The translations under genes and the position numbers were made by a program. A stretch of DNA of 44,627 nt from Monocercomonoides exilis PA203 (Eukaryota; Protista; Preaxostyla): the NCBI GenBank assembly GCA_001643675.2, contig LSRY02000083.1:1-44627 (forward strand). Reading direction: 5' to 3'. The stretch's first letter is position 1. Every line of letters begins with the position of its first letter. Shown here piece by piece: positions 43,201 through 44,627 of this stretch. The notes below the pieces were generated by a model. The model ran no database searches. It was given only the letters and a program-made list of their open reading frames with translations, and was not told where the DNA came from.

Positions 43201-44627
43201 ACACAACCACTCCAACTCCAAGCACGCTTGCAAGCACACACACCCCAAACACACACCCCACCCACTCCATCGCCTTCTCGCTTCTCCTCAACCACCCATC
43301 TCTCATTCTTCTCTCATAACTCCATCTTCTCCATCTTCTCCATTTTTCCTCTCCCCGTCTTCTTTCTCTCCCTTCTTTTCCTCTTTCTCCTCCCATTTGC
43401 CCTCGCTTCCTCCTCTCCGCTTCCACAGCATCTCCACAATATGCCCCTTCAAATCCTCTTTTGCACACACACACTTTCTTGTCTCTCTTCCTCTTTTTCT
43501 CTCCCCTCGTCTCCATCCCAATCTCTTCTGCTTGTGAAGTGCCTCTTCTTCACGGACACACACCTTCCTCCATTCCCACAATCCGAGTTCCGGCTGCACC
43601 GCCCGTCTTCCCATTCGCATTCTCGTCCGCCTCTCTGTCCACCGCATTGGCACTCCGCTGGCGATAGCTCTGTTGCCCTTCCGCATCCAAACACCCCTGA
43701 CGAGCAGTTCGACAGCCGAATTCTGCTTCTCTCTTCTTTCTTCTCCTCCTCCTCCTTCTTCTTCTTCTTCTTTCTTCTTCTTTGATCAAGCAGAAGTCTC
43801 GTGTTGCCTCTATTCCAATCCCATTGGCCCAGATCACTCCATCCACAGACACACTCAGCCACACTTTTCTCTCTCTGCAGCCCACACAGCATATCACAGC
43901 AAGACACAAGGCAAACATTCAATAATTCGCAGCATGTCACAGAATAACATCAAATACAAAAATATGATAAAACAAAAACAAAATAAAAATAAAAATAAAA
44001 AAGAAAAGAAACAACTCATTGGCAAAATCATCTTCTCTCTTTCTGCACACCTTTTCCTGCTCCACACAGCACCCAGCTGTCTTTCAGTGATGAGAACACA
44101 CAGACAATCTCTGATGGCGACACCCATTCCACCCCCGAAGACATCACATTGTCCAGCCGGCACTGCAGATGAGGCGTCTTAAACATGTTTGCTCCCTTCA
44201 CTGCAAACCGCGCCTTCACATCTCCACACTCTCTTTCTCCTCTGCCCCGACGCTGCTCCACCACATCCACCGAGATCCTGTCTGAAACACCGATCCAATC
44301 TGCACCCTCCCAAACACAGGCACCATCACCCCATCTCCTCGAGCTCCGCCTGCCTTGCTCCTTGTCTTTCCCCCTTCGACAGCCCATTGCGGCATCTGCA
44401 CAGAATCCTCCCCACTCACGCGCGGGTATCCAAACTGCACCTTCTTCACTGCCCCTTCTCGGATCTTGAAAAACCCTTCGTCTCCCCACTGCTTTCCACG
44501 AATTCACGCACAGCCAGTACCCAATCTCCTCCGTCTCGTCCTCTGCCCCGTTTCCATCTCCGTCTTCATCATTGCTCATCTCATCCACCACACCCACCTC
44601 GATCCTGCTGCTTTTGCTCCTGTTGCT
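40224..44627 (-). CDS. 3' part of a large multi-pass membrane protein with extracellular IPT/TIG-like and EGF-like modules (5' end outside window; many frameshifts)
   Basis: Minus-strand fragments in order: FAVKGANMFKTPHLQCRLDNV...WVSPSEIVCVFS (IPT/TIG-like), ECQCGGQRGGRECE, CSRNSDCGNGGRC...CVCKRGFEGAYC (EGF-like), TM WVGCVFGVCVLASVLGVGVVVC, a long charged and Ser-rich loop, then several hydrophobic helices down to TGA at 40224. T-rich intron-like segments lie near 43900-44050 and 40470-40650. Confidence 0.65.

Noticed and set aside
1-44627. rRNA, tRNA or CRISPR loci
   Set aside because: No recognisable conserved motifs seen by eye; a covariance-model scan was not possible.

Overview
Eukaryotic, intron-containing protist DNA in the standard genetic code. 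It is most likely an oxymonad (Monocercomonoides-like), inferred from a recognisable lineage-expanded gene family at 16.9-18.8 kb. The window is dominated by a giant, near-identical inverted duplication: 1-14713 is the reverse complement of 25503-40206, and the left arm runs off the window edge. Each arm carries a large unknown helical protein gene, a membrane-anchored S41-family peptidase homologue lacking the catalytic Ser, and a ZSWIM2-like SWIM/RING/ZZ/RING E3 ligase. The arms differ mostly by homopolymer indels. The ~10.8 kb AT-rich unique spacer holds one intact family gene, a truncated convergent paralogue, microsatellites and a decayed tyrosine recombinase (Crypton/DIRS-like catalytic motifs, no RT). 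The recombinase's ~98-aa N-terminal module is tandemly duplicated, and upstream of it lie a 210-bp fold-back and a 39-bp palindrome close to the inner boundary of the right arm. The last 4.4 kb encode the 3' part of a frameshift-riddled minus-strand IPT/EGF multi-pass membrane protein. All alignments were done by eye; an assembly or amplification artefact for the inverted duplication cannot be excluded from sequence alone.
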